From Candidatus Methylomirabilia bacterium (GTDB taxonomy: Bacteria; Methylomirabilota; Methylomirabilia; Rokubacteriales; CSP1-6), in NCBI GenBank assembly GCA_041496385.1, contig JBGQEL010000002.1:1-64000 (forward strand): 64,000 nt of DNA, written 5' to 3'. The notes under the pieces were generated by a model, which was not told where the DNA came from, ran no database searches, and saw only the letters and a list, made by a program, of their open reading frames with translations. A program made the position numbers and the translations under genes. Shown piece by piece: positions 19,196-28,339 of the stretch. Numbering within the stretch: the stretch's first letter is position 1; the number at the start of each line of letters is the position of its first letter.

Positions 19196-20166
19196 CGATG
19201 GTCTCCTTTCGTCGTTGCGACCCTGACGATGTAGTCCACGAAGGGCGGGAACGGATCGAATCCGAGCACGCGCGGCGCGTCGGCGACGAAGTTCGACGTC
19301 GCGTTGACGTCGTAGAAGTACGCGAGGCCGTCGGCCTCGCTCACCAGGTACTCGATGCCGCCGACGTCGATGGATGCCGCGTGCGCGAGGGCGAGCACCT
19401 GCGCAACGACCTCGGCCGGGGCGTCGTACCGGCTGACGCTGAGCCCCGGTCTCGCGTCCACCGGGCAGGCGTTGAGCTCCGCGGCGGCGGCCGTAGCCGG
19501 CGCCTGGCAGATGTCCGCCGGGCAGAGGTTGAAGTCGGCGGCGGTCCGCACGATGCGGATGGCGTACAGGTAGCGACCGTCCAGCACCTCGACACGGACG
19601 ATCGCGCCGTCCACAGGCTCGATGTACTCCTGGAGCAGGGCGACGCCGTCCGGGCCGAAGTCGAGTGCGGCCGCGCGCGCCTCGAGCCCGGCGCGCGAGT
19701 CGAAACGCTCGATGAGCGCGCCCGAGCCGCCGACGTTCGGCTTGACGACCGCCGGGAACCGAACGCCCTCGCTCGCCTTGGCGAGCTGCTCCCGGTCGTT
19801 GACGACGAGCGTTCGCGGGTAGCGCACGCGCAGCCGCTCGAACAGGCCGATCTGCAGCGCTTTGGACTTCTCGAAGCGCCAGGCCGCCACCGGGTTGATC
19901 ACGGGGACGTCGAGCGCCTCCCAGTGGGCGAGCAGCGGCTCGGCGTAGAACAGCACGCTGCCGTGGCCGCGCCGGTGGGACGACGGGCTCGTCCGGTTGA
20001 CGATGACGGAGTAGCGCGGGCTCCTCTCCCGCGGATCGAACGCGTGGCTCGAGTGGTCGATCTTCTCGAACGGCAGCCTGCGGTGCTGGAGCTCGGCGAT
20101 CAGCCGCGCCGACCACTCGGGGTGCTCGTCGAGGACGCCGATCGGTGCCGAGAGAGGCGTGGTCAT
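19192..20166 (-). CDS. RimK/glutathione-synthetase-like ATP-grasp ligase
   Basis: VVKPNVGGSG, LLQEYI, GGIEY, DVNATSNF; ATGA overlaps on both sides. Confidence 0.8.
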   Translation of the reverse strand: MTTPLSAPIGVLDEHPEWSARLIAELQHRRLPFEKIDHSSHAFDPRERSPRYSVIVNRTSPSSHRRGHGSVLFYAEPLLAHWEALDVPVINPVAAWRFEKSKALQIGLFERLRVRYPRTLVVNDREQLAKASEGVRFPAVVKPNVGGSGALIERFDSRAGLEARAAALDFGPDGVALLQEYIEPVDGAIVRVEVLDGRYLYAIRIVRTAADFNLCPADICQAPATAAAAELNACPVDARPGLSVSRYDAPAEVVAQVLALAHAASIDVGGIEYLVSEADGLAYFYDVNATSNFVADAPRVLGFDPFPPFVDYIVRVATTKGDHR

Positions 20167-20942
20167 CGTATCGCTCCCATGGGAATCGGAAGGGCCTGCT
20201 CGGGGAACCACCGGAGGCGCCGGCGAAGCGCGACGACGTCGCCGATCACGGCGACGACCGGCGGCTCGAGCCTCGCGCGCGCCGCGCGGCCGGCGATGTC
20301 GTCGAGACGTCCGGTCAGAGTCTCCTGGAGATCGGTCGTCCCCCAGCGCACGAGGGCGACGGGTGTCGCGGGCGAGCGGCCCTGGGCGATCAGCGCCCGC
20401 GTGATGCGCGGGAGCGCGCGCGCGCCCATCAGCACGACGAGCGTGTCGGCCGCCCCGGCGAGTCGCGCCCAGTCCACGCTCGCCCCGCGCTTGACCGCGT
20501 CCTCGTGGCCCGTGACGACCGCGAAGGAGGAGGCGACGCCCCGGTGGGTCAGCGGGATGCCGGCGTAGGCGGGCACCGCGACCGCAGACGTGACGCCGGG
20601 GACGACCTCGAACGGCACGCCCGCGCGCGCCAGCGCTTCGGCCTCCTCGCCGCCCCGGCCGAAGACGAAGGGATCGCCGCCCTTGAGCCGCACCACGCGC
20701 CGCCCGCGGCGCGCGTGCCGGACGAGGAGCGCATTGATCCGAGCCTGGGGCAGCGCGTGGCGTCCGGCGGCCTTGCCCGCGAACACGCGGCGGGCGCGCG
20801 GTGCCTCGTCGAGGAGCCGGGGGTGCACCAGCCGGTCGTAGACGACGACCTCGGCCTGCCGGAGCAAGTCGCGGCCGCGCACCGTGATGAGCCCGGGATC
20901 GCCGGGCCCGGCGCCGACGAGCGCGACCGTCCCGGCGGTCAT
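20163..20942 (-). CDS. cobA: uroporphyrinogen-III C-methyltransferase
   Basis: VGAGPGDPGLIT, RLKGGDPFVFGRGGEE, VPGVTS, GIPLTHR. Confidence 0.93.
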   Translation of the reverse strand: MTAGTVALVGAGPGDPGLITVRGRDLLRQAEVVVYDRLVHPRLLDEAPRARRVFAGKAAGRHALPQARINALLVRHARRGRRVVRLKGGDPFVFGRGGEEAEALARAGVPFEVVPGVTSAVAVPAYAGIPLTHRGVASSFAVVTGHEDAVKRGASVDWARLAGAADTLVVLMGARALPRITRALIAQGRSPATPVALVRWGTTDLQETLTGRLDDIAGRAARARLEPPVVAVIGDVVALRRRLRWFPEQALPIPMGAIR

Positions 20943-21568
20943 GCCCGCACGCCGAGACGCTCGAGGACGTGGCGCTTGGCCGCGTCCCGTCCGCGTTCGA
21001 CGATGAGCCGGCGCGTCTCCGGCCCGAGCGCGTTCCGCCAGAGGTCGGCAGTGGCGACGCGGCCCTCGGCGCGGAGCTCGCGGCGCGCCTCGGCGGCGAT
21101 CTCGGCGAGCGTCGCGTAGTCGGCGGTGAGGACACGCTCCAGCTCCTCGCGGACGGTCCGCGCGAGCGCGGGCGAGGTCCCGCCGGTCCCGACCGCGACG
21201 ACAAGGTCGCCGCGGCGGACGAGCGCCGGCAGGAAGAAGTCGCAGTGCGCCGGGTCGTCCGCGGCGTTGACCCAGACGCCGCGCCGGCGGCCCTCGAGCG
21301 CCACCGCGGCGTTGACCTCACCCGCGTCCGTGGCCGCGAACGCCAGGTCGAAGCCCGCCAGGTCGCCGGCGCCATAGCCGCGCGCCAGGTGCTGGAGCCG
21401 CCCGGCGCCGACGAGCGCGGCGAGCGCCGGCGTCAGCGCCGGCGCGACGACGGTCACACTCGCGCCGGCCGCCAGGAGACCGTCCACCCTGCGCTCGGCG
21501 ACGACACCGCCGCCCACGACGACGCAGCGCCAGCCCGCCAGGTCGAGCACGATCGGGTAGGCGGCCAC
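20939..21568 (-). CDS. precorrin-2 dehydrogenase/sirohydrochlorin ferrochelatase (SirC/Met8/CysG-N type)
   Basis: VVGGGVVA, VNAADDP..CDF, GTGGTSPALAR. Confidence 0.9.
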   Translation of the reverse strand: MAAYPIVLDLAGWRCVVVGGGVVAERRVDGLLAAGASVTVVAPALTPALAALVGAGRLQHLARGYGAGDLAGFDLAFAATDAGEVNAAVALEGRRRGVWVNAADDPAHCDFFLPALVRRGDLVVAVGTGGTSPALARTVREELERVLTADYATLAEIAAEARRELRAEGRVATADLWRNALGPETRRLIVERGRDAAKRHVLERLGVRA

Positions 21569-21569
21569 C

Positions 21570-23267
21570 TCAGCCGTCCACACCGTGCGGCGCGCTCCCC
21601 GGCGAGGCGTCGCGCGCGACCGACTCGACCAGCGTGCCCGCCAGCAGCGCGCGCAGCTCATCCTCGCTGTGACGCGCGGCAAACGGCCTGAAGTTCTCGC
21701 CCGGGAACCGGTCCAGGAGATAGGCGCGGAGCAGGCGCTCGATCGCCGGCGCGACCTCCGTCGCCGGCACGCGCAGCCCGATAGGCCGCGCCACGGCCTG
21801 GTGCAGGCCGAGAGCGCCGCCGACGCAGAAGTAGTAGGCGTCCACGAGCGCGCCGTCCACCTTCGCCTTCTTGCCCTCGATGCCGAGGTCGGCGATCCAG
21901 TGCTGGCCGCAGCTGTTCGGGCACCCGGTGACGTGGATCTTCAGGTGCTGCTCGAACCCTGGCAGCCGCGCCTCGAGCGCCTCGACGAGGCGCCGCGCGA
22001 AGCCCTTGGTCTCGGTGAGCGCGAGCTTGCAGAACTCCGAGCCCGTGCAGGCCACGGTGCCGCGCCGGAAGGGCGAGGCCTCCAGCGGGAGCCCGGCCGC
22101 CTCGAGCGCCTGCGCGAGCGCGCCGCCATGCTCGCGTCGGACGTTCGGGATGAGGAGATTCTGCAAGTGCGTCGTGCGGATCTCGCCGGAGCCGAAGCGG
22201 TCGGCGAGGTCGGCGACCGCGCGCATGGCGGCCGGCGCGAGCCGCCCGCGCAGGACTGCGACGCCGGCGTAGACATAGCCCGGCTGCTTCTGCGGGTGGA
22301 TTCCGACGTGATCGCGGTACACGTCGTCCGGCGGATCGTCCGGCACGCCCGGCTCGAGGGCCACGCCGAGCCGTTCCTCGATCGCGGCCTGGAAGCGCGC
22401 CGCCGTCCAGCCGTGCTGCAGGAAGAGGAACTTGAGCCGCGCCTTCTCGCGGTTCTGGCGTAGCACGTCGGAGTCGCGGAAGATCTCCGAGCTCGCGCGC
22501 AGGACCGGCAGGGCCTGGTGCCAGGGCACGAAGGCGTCGAGCCGCAGTGCCAGGTGCGGGTCGGTGGAGAGACCGCCGCCCACGCGCACGGCGAACCCGA
22601 TCTCACCCGTCGCCGGGTGGCGCTGCGCCGTGAGCCCGACGTCGTTGATCTCCGGATAGGAGCACCACGCGCGGCAACCGGTGATCGTCACCTTGTACTT
22701 GCGCGGGAGGTTGTAGAAGGCGGGATTGCCGTTGAGCATCCGCGTCGCCGCGTGCACGAGCGGCGAGGCGTCGACCAGCTCGTCCCTGTCCGCGCCGGCG
22801 AGTGGGCAGCCCGTGACGTTGCGCGTGACGTCGCCGCACGAGCCGAGCGTCGTGACGCCGTTGAGCCAGAGCGTCTGGAACACCTCCGGGAGGCTTTCAA
22901 GGGCCACCCAGTGGAGCTGGATGTTCTGGCGCACGGTGACGTCGGCGACGCCGCGCGCGTGGCGCTCGGCGAGGTCGGCGATCGTCCGCAGCTGATGCGA
23001 CTGGAGCGCGCCGTTCGGGATCCGGATGCGCACCATGAAGTGGCGCGTGGCCTTGCCCTCGCCGCCCTTGCCGCCGACGGCGCCGACGCCGTCACCCTGC
23101 GTGTAGATGCCCCACCAGCGGAAGTACGTCCCGATCCACTCCGGCGGGATCGCCTCCCATCCCTCGCGCGCGAAGCGGACGATCTCGGCGTACGCCTCCC
23201 ACGGATTCTGCTCACGCTTGAGCCGCTCGACGCGCTGAGCCTTCGTCTCCTGGACGGCTTCGCTCAC
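21570..23267 (-). CDS. siroheme-dependent sulfite (or nitrite) reductase
   Basis: TVRQNIQ, NLPRKYK, CTGSEFC and TGCPNSC cluster/siroheme ligands; GGAGGA upstream of a GTG start. Confidence 0.9.
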   Translation of the reverse strand: MSEAVQETKAQRVERLKREQNPWEAYAEIVRFAREGWEAIPPEWIGTYFRWWGIYTQGDGVGAVGGKGGEGKATRHFMVRIRIPNGALQSHQLRTIADLAERHARGVADVTVRQNIQLHWVALESLPEVFQTLWLNGVTTLGSCGDVTRNVTGCPLAGADRDELVDASPLVHAATRMLNGNPAFYNLPRKYKVTITGCRAWCSYPEINDVGLTAQRHPATGEIGFAVRVGGGLSTDPHLALRLDAFVPWHQALPVLRASSEIFRDSDVLRQNREKARLKFLFLQHGWTAARFQAAIEERLGVALEPGVPDDPPDDVYRDHVGIHPQKQPGYVYAGVAVLRGRLAPAAMRAVADLADRFGSGEIRTTHLQNLLIPNVRREHGGALAQALEAAGLPLEASPFRRGTVACTGSEFCKLALTETKGFARRLVEALEARLPGFEQHLKIHVTGCPNSCGQHWIADLGIEGKKAKVDGALVDAYYFCVGGALGLHQAVARPIGLRVPATEVAPAIERLLRAYLLDRFPGENFRPFAARHSEDELRALLAGTLVESVARDASPGSAPHGVDG

Positions 23268-23285
23268 CGGTTCCTCCAAAGCGAA

Positions 23286-23323
23286 ACCGGGAGGTGGGCG
23301 TGTCGCTCGCCCGTCCTCCCGGC
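23286..23323 (-). terminator. stem-loop followed by a T-rich tract in the sulfite reductase leader (possible attenuator)
   Basis: CCGGGAGG...CCTCCCGG with an inner GGGCG/CGCCC stem, then TTTCGCTTT directly before the RBS. Confidence 0.5.
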
Positions 23324-23446
23324 TCTGGGTCTTCGTTGTCGAGACTGGCCGTTACGACGGCACCACGGTCACCCGATGTACTGACGTAGCGATCTCTCCC
23401 GCGCTTTACATCGCACTCGAGCCAACCGCTCCGGCGCCATGACGGA

Positions 23447-23475
23447 AAACTACTATTCCCTATCGGCATTGTCAA
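23447..23475 (-). promoter_or_regulatory. sigma70-type promoter of the sulfur operon
   Basis: TTGACA-17 nt-TAGTTT in an AT-rich stretch. Confidence 0.7.
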
Positions 23476-23610
23476 GAATGATTTCGGCCATATGTTAAAC
23501 ATAGTTGACTGCTACTCCCAAAATCGGGAAGGGGCTTGCGCGATGCGCGCGGGACGGCTAACGTGCCAGCGCTGACCCTGTCGGGGCAGCGTGCCGCGGG
23601 AGGATTCGAC

Positions 23611-25515
23611 ATGGCGAGAAGCATCTACGACGAGACCTACGCCCGCTCGATGAGGGATCCCGAGGCGTTCTGGGCCGCGGCGGCCGAGGACATCCACTGG
23701 GACAGGCGCTGGGACCGCGTCTTCGACGACTCGCGCAAGCCGTTCTACCGATGGTTCACGGGCGGCCTGCTCAACACCTGCTACAACGCGCTCGACCTGC
23801 ACGTGGACCGCGGGCGCGGCAAGCAGCGAGCGCTCGTCTACGACAGCCCGGTGACCGGCACCGTGAAGACCTTCACCTACCGCGAGCTGCGCGACGAGGT
23901 GGCGCGCCTGGCCGGGGCGCTGCGGCGCCAGGGCGTCGGCAAAGGCGACCGCGTGATCATCTACATGCCGATGGTCCCCGAGGCGGTCATGGCGATGCTC
24001 GCGTGCGCGCGCATCGGCGCGATCCACTCGGTGGTCTTCGGCGGCTTCGCCTCGAACGAGCTCGCCAAGCGCATCGACGACGCGCGGCCGCGGCTGATCC
24101 TCTCGGCCTCGTGCGGCATCGAGGTGAACCGCGCCGTGCCCTACAAGCCGCTCCTCGATGGCGCGATCGATCTCTCGACGCACAAGCCCGAGCGCTGCGT
24201 GATCCTCCAGCGGGCACCCGAGCTCGCCCGTCTCTCGGCCGCGCGCGACCTGGACTGGGGAGACTTCGTCGCCGGCGCGCCGGCGGCGGAGTGCGTGCCC
24301 GTCGCGGCCACCGACCCGCTCTACGTCCTCTACACGTCGGGCACGACGGGCGTGCCGAAAGGTGTGGTGCGCGATCACGGCGGCCACGCCGTCGCGCTCA
24401 AGTGGTCCATGACGAACGTCTACGGCATCGGCGCCGGCGAGACCTACTGGGCCGCGTCGGACATCGGCTGGGTGGTCGGCCACTCGTACATCGTCTACGC
24501 GCCGCTCCTCAAGGGCTGCACGACGATTCTCTACGAGGGCAAACCCGTCGGGACACCCGACCCCGGCGCCTTCTGGCGGCTCATCGCCCAGCACGGGGTC
24601 AGCGCCCTGTTCACCGCCCCCACCTCCTTCCGCGCGATCAAAAAGGAAGACCCGCAGGGCCACCACATCGCCAGGCACGACCTCCGAAACTTCCGCACGC
24701 TCTTCCTCGCGGGCGAGCGCTGCGATCCCGACACGCTCCACTGGGCCGAGGAGCGCCTCGGCGTGCCGGTCATCGACCACTGGTGGCAGACGGAGACGGG
24801 CTGGCCCATCGCCGCCAACTGCGTCGGACTGGGCGCGCTGCCGGTGAAGGCGGGCTCACCGACGAAAGCGGTGCCCGGCTACGACGTGCGCGTCCTCAGC
24901 GAGGAGAACACGGAGATGCCCGCGGGGCAGATCGGCTCGATCGCCATCCGGCTGCCGCTGCCGCCCGGCTGCCTGCCGACCCTCTGGAACAACGACGCGG
25001 GCTACGTGCAGTCCTACCTCGCGAAGCACCCGGGCTACTACCTCACGGCGGACGCGGGCTACCGGGACGAGGACGGCTACCTCTACATCATGAGCCGCGT
25101 GGACGACATCATCAACGTCGCCGGCCACCGGCTCTCGACCGGCGCCATGGAGGAGGTGCTGGCCGGGCATCCCGACGTGGCCGAGTGCGCGGTCGTGGGC
25201 GTCGCCGACGAGATCAAGGGCGAGGTCCCGGTAGGTTTCGTGGTCACGAAGGCCGGGGTCGAGCGGAGCGAGGCGGACATCGCGGGCGAGCTGGTCCAGC
25301 GCGTGCGCGCGCAGATCGGGCCCGTGGCCGCCTTCAAGACCGCGATCCTCGTGAAGCGGCTGCCCAAGACGCGCTCGGGCAAGATCCTGCGCGGCACCGT
25401 GAAACGCATCGCAGACGGCCTGGAATACACGCTGCCCGCGACGATCGACGATCCGGCGATTCTCGACGAGATCGCTGAGGCGCTCCGCCAGAAGGGCTAC
25501 GCGAAGGAGCGCTGA
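23611..25515 (+). CDS. prpE: propionyl-CoA synthetase
   Basis: HSVVFGGFA, YTSGTTGVPKG, DHWWQTETGW, PKTRSGKILR; GGAGG RBS. Confidence 0.88.
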   Translation: MARSIYDETYARSMRDPEAFWAAAAEDIHWDRRWDRVFDDSRKPFYRWFTGGLLNTCYNALDLHVDRGRGKQRALVYDSPVTGTVKTFTYRELRDEVARLAGALRRQGVGKGDRVIIYMPMVPEAVMAMLACARIGAIHSVVFGGFASNELAKRIDDARPRLILSASCGIEVNRAVPYKPLLDGAIDLSTHKPERCVILQRAPELARLSAARDLDWGDFVAGAPAAECVPVAATDPLYVLYTSGTTGVPKGVVRDHGGHAVALKWSMTNVYGIGAGETYWAASDIGWVVGHSYIVYAPLLKGCTTILYEGKPVGTPDPGAFWRLIAQHGVSALFTAPTSFRAIKKEDPQGHHIARHDLRNFRTLFLAGERCDPDTLHWAEERLGVPVIDHWWQTETGWPIAANCVGLGALPVKAGSPTKAVPGYDVRVLSEENTEMPAGQIGSIAIRLPLPPGCLPTLWNNDAGYVQSYLAKHPGYYLTADAGYRDEDGYLYIMSRVDDIINVAGHRLSTGAMEEVLAGHPDVAECAVVGVADEIKGEVPVGFVVTKAGVERSEADIAGELVQRVRAQIGPVAAFKTAILVKRLPKTRSGKILRGTVKRIADGLEYTLPATIDDPAILDEIAEALRQKGYAKER

Positions 25516-26714
25516 CGCCGGCGCCACCAGAGCGCGAGCGCCGCGAGCACGGCGAGGCCGAGCGTGCCGTTCCAGAGGAATGCGGCCGAGACGCCCCACC
25601 ACTGGGAGATCGTCCCGACCAGAAACGCGCCGATCGGGAAGATGCCGCCGGAGACCCACGTGTAGAGGCCCATCACTCTCCCGCGTAGCGCGTCCGGAGC
25701 GCGGAGCTGCATCGAGGTGTTGCAGCTCGCCATCAGCATGATGCCGAAGTAGCCCGTCACGAACAGGAGCGGCACCGCCATCCAGACGTGGCGCGTCGCC
25801 GCGAGGCCCAGCAGGCTCGAGAACGTGATCCCGGCCGCGACGAACATCTGCGCCAGCCCGGGCTCGCGCGACCCGCGCATGCCGACCGTGAGCGCGCCGC
25901 CGACGGCGCCGACGCCGAGCGAGGCCATGAGGAAGCCGAAGCCCTCGGGACCGAGGCCGAGCACGGTGCGCGCCAGCAGCGGCACGTAGACCGTGAAGTT
26001 GAAGACGCAGAGGCTCACGACGAGCACGAGGCCGATCGCGAGCAGGAGCCGCGGCGTCCGCAGCACGTAGCGAAGTCCCTCCCCGATCTCCTCGAGCATC
26101 GAGGCGCGCGGTGCGGCGGCCGGCAGCCCGCCCGACTTCAGCCGGAGCAGCGTGACGATGACCGCGAGGAACCCCACGCCGTTGACAAAGAACGCCGGCA
26201 CCACCCCGAAGCGGCCGATGACGATGCCGGCGACCGCGGGCCCCACGATGCGCGCGCCGTTGAACGCCGCGCTGTTCAGCGCGACCGCGCTCGCCACGTC
26301 GGCCTTGCCGACCATCTCCATCACGTACGACTGCCGGGCGGGCTGGTCGAAGACGTTGGCGAAGCCGAGCAGGAGCCCCAGCGCGGCGACGTGCCAGTAC
26401 TCGACGAGCCCCGTGGCCGCGAGCGCGCCGAGCCCCAGCGCCTGGCAGGCGAGCGTCGTCTGCGTCGCGACGAGCAGCTTACGCTTCGGCAGCCGGTCGG
26501 CGACCGCGCCCGTGACGATCGAGAACAGGAGCACGGGCGAGAACTGGAGAGTCGAGATGAGCCCGAGCTTGAACGGGGACCCGGTGAGCTGCAGCACGAG
26601 CCACGCCTGCGCGACCGTCTGCATCCAGCCGCCGATCTGGGCGATGAGCTGCGCGGCGTAGAATCGGCGGAACTCTCCGTGGTGCAGCGCGCGCAGTCCG
26701 TGCGGGAGCCTCAC
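25497..26714 (-). CDS. MFS transporter, paralog of 9063-10289
   Basis: Collinear with 9063-10289, sharing 'AVALNSAAFNGARIVGPAVAG' and 'VLVVSLCVFNF'. Confidence 0.9.
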   Translation of the reverse strand: MRLPHGLRALHHGEFRRFYAAQLIAQIGGWMQTVAQAWLVLQLTGSPFKLGLISTLQFSPVLLFSIVTGAVADRLPKRKLLVATQTTLACQALGLGALAATGLVEYWHVAALGLLLGFANVFDQPARQSYVMEMVGKADVASAVALNSAAFNGARIVGPAVAGIVIGRFGVVPAFFVNGVGFLAVIVTLLRLKSGGLPAAAPRASMLEEIGEGLRYVLRTPRLLLAIGLVLVVSLCVFNFTVYVPLLARTVLGLGPEGFGFLMASLGVGAVGGALTVGMRGSREPGLAQMFVAAGITFSSLLGLAATRHVWMAVPLLFVTGYFGIMLMASCNTSMQLRAPDALRGRVMGLYTWVSGGIFPIGAFLVGTISQWWGVSAAFLWNGTLGLAVLAALALWWRRRQRSFA

Positions 26715-26758
26715 CGGGCCATTCTACAGGCGCGAGCTGCTGCAGGCGGCGAACCGGG

Positions 26759-28141
26759 CTAGGGTTTGGTCTTGCCGAAGGCGTTGCCCGGGATCGACGC
26801 GGGCCTCCCGGTGGCATTGGCGACGCCGTGCCCCGGCGCGACCGCGCTGACGACCGGCGGAACAGCGCTGACGATCGGGGCCACGGGCGTGACCACCGGC
26901 GCGACGGTGCTGGCGATCGGGGCCACGGGCGTGACTACCGGCGCGACACTGCTGACGATCGGGGCCACGGGAGTGACCACCGGCGCGACCGGGGTCACGA
27001 CAGGCGCGACGGCGCTGATGACCGGCGTGACCGCGTTGACGACCGGCGCTGCGGCACTCCCGTTGCCCGGAGTCCCGGCGTTGCCGAGCGCGAGGCCGTT
27101 GCCACTGCTATTGCCCGGAGTCCCGGCGTTGCCGACGGCCAGTCCACTCGCCCCGTCGGTAAGAAGGGAAGTGGTCGTCGCACTGCCACCACTAGTGCCG
27201 AGCCCCTTGCCGCTGCCCCCGTCGCTCTGGGTCGTGGCGACGCTTACCTTGTCGACGATGATCGTTGCCTTCTCGCTGGCGGCGCCGGCGCTGCTCGCCG
27301 CCTTGTCGCTGCCGGTGCTCACCTTGTCGCTGTTGCTGCCCGACTTGTCGCTGCTGCCACCGGTCTTGTCGCTGCTGCCGCTCGTGGTGCTCGCGCTGGC
27401 GCTGGTGGCCGCTTGCGGAAGCACGGCGGCAATGTCCTGGACCGCGCGCTGCACGGACTCGGCGACCGCGGGCGCCATGCTCGCGGCCGGCGGATTCTTC
27501 GGGAGCACGGTGAAGTCGGCGCCGAGGCTGTTCGCGCGGGCGGGCGAGATCCTTGTCGGCTGCGGAAGCGGAAGCAGCGACGTCCCGCTCACCGTGATGG
27601 ATTCCCGGATCGAGACGGACACGGGCGCGCCGATGCTGCGGCCCGTCGCCGAGTCCAGGCGGGTCACATCGATGAGGCCGCGCAGGACCGTGATGACCGA
27701 ACGCGCGCTCGCCACCTCGGCGACCACGATCGTCCCGCGGATCGCGGCCTTCGCGTTCGGCGTCGTGATCTCGACGACGTCGCCCGGCTTCATCTTGTCC
27801 TTGGAGACCGACACGGAAATACGCCCGGAGGCGACGTGGATCGTCGCGGTGCCCGGCACCTCGGTGATCGTCAGCACCGTCTGCTCGCGCGCGGTCACGG
27901 TCGCCTTGCCGCCGAGGAGGACACGCACGAAGGACCTCTCGCTCGTCGTGATGCGGTCGCGGACGAACACGTCGTCCTTGAACTTGAGGGCGGCCGGCTC
28001 GGGTGTCGCGGTACGAACGACCGTCGCCGTGCCTTCCAGCGTCGTGACGACGCCGGCGCGCTCGCCCGCCAGCGCCGCCGCCGGCAGGAGAAACGCGGTC
28101 ATGACGAGTGAACGCAGCGATCGCGTGCTGTGACGGCTCAT
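26759..28141 (-). CDS. secreted FecR-domain protein with a long repetitive Ser/Thr/Pro/Val tail
   Basis: Signal peptide; 'ITTPNAKAAIRGT' FecR motif; low-complexity C-terminal half. Confidence 0.8.
   Translation of the reverse strand: MSRHSTRSLRSLVMTAFLLPAAALAGERAGVVTTLEGTATVVRTATPEPAALKFKDDVFVRDRITTSERSFVRVLLGGKATVTAREQTVLTITEVPGTATIHVASGRISVSVSKDKMKPGDVVEITTPNAKAAIRGTIVVAEVASARSVITVLRGLIDVTRLDSATGRSIGAPVSVSIRESITVSGTSLLPLPQPTRISPARANSLGADFTVLPKNPPAASMAPAVAESVQRAVQDIAAVLPQAATSASASTTSGSSDKTGGSSDKSGSNSDKVSTGSDKAASSAGAASEKATIIVDKVSVATTQSDGGSGKGLGTSGGSATTTSLLTDGASGLAVGNAGTPGNSSGNGLALGNAGTPGNGSAAAPVVNAVTPVISAVAPVVTPVAPVVTPVAPIVSSVAPVVTPVAPIASTVAPVVTPVAPIVSAVPPVVSAVAPGHGVANATGRPASIPGNAFGKTKP
26835..27044 (-). 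repeat. ten degenerate 21-bp coding tandem repeats (VAPVVTP/VAPIVSS heptads)
   Basis: Units such as GGGGCCACGGGCGTGACCACC and GGCGCGACACTGCTGACGATC on the + strand. Confidence 0.85.
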
Positions 28142-28199
28142 GTCGTCGGCTCTCCGTGCGGCGGTCTCTACCCGCAGACCGCGCGCGCAGCGGAGAGAG

Positions 28200-28214
28200 G
28201 CAAGTGAAATGCCA
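28200..28214 (-). promoter_or_regulatory. sigma54 (-24/-12) promoter
   Basis: TGGCATTTCACTTGC (GG-N10-GC) about 60 nt upstream of the FecR gene ATG. Confidence 0.7.
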
Positions 28215-28339
28215 CGACGTTCCGGAAATCCGAGGACTTACAGGACGCGAGTTTGCGCTCGACGCCCGCGAACCGGCGCCGATCAGAGTCGCGCCAGCGG
28301 TCGCCTTCGCGCCAGGCCGACTCGCGCCGCGCCGGCCAG

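Noticed and set aside
23280..23440. SAM-I or SAM-IV riboswitch
   Set aside because: I could not find the conserved cores (e.g. ATC...GAGGGA...GCAACC...GTGC); left as an unassigned leader.
26835..27044. Possible CRISPR array
   Set aside because: Contiguous 21-bp coding repeats with no unique spacers and no cas genes.
26766..28133. 455-aa antisense ORF mirroring the FecR gene
   Set aside because: Codon-register mirror of a repetitive GC-rich gene; the signal peptide, FecR motif and sigma54 promoter all support the minus strand.
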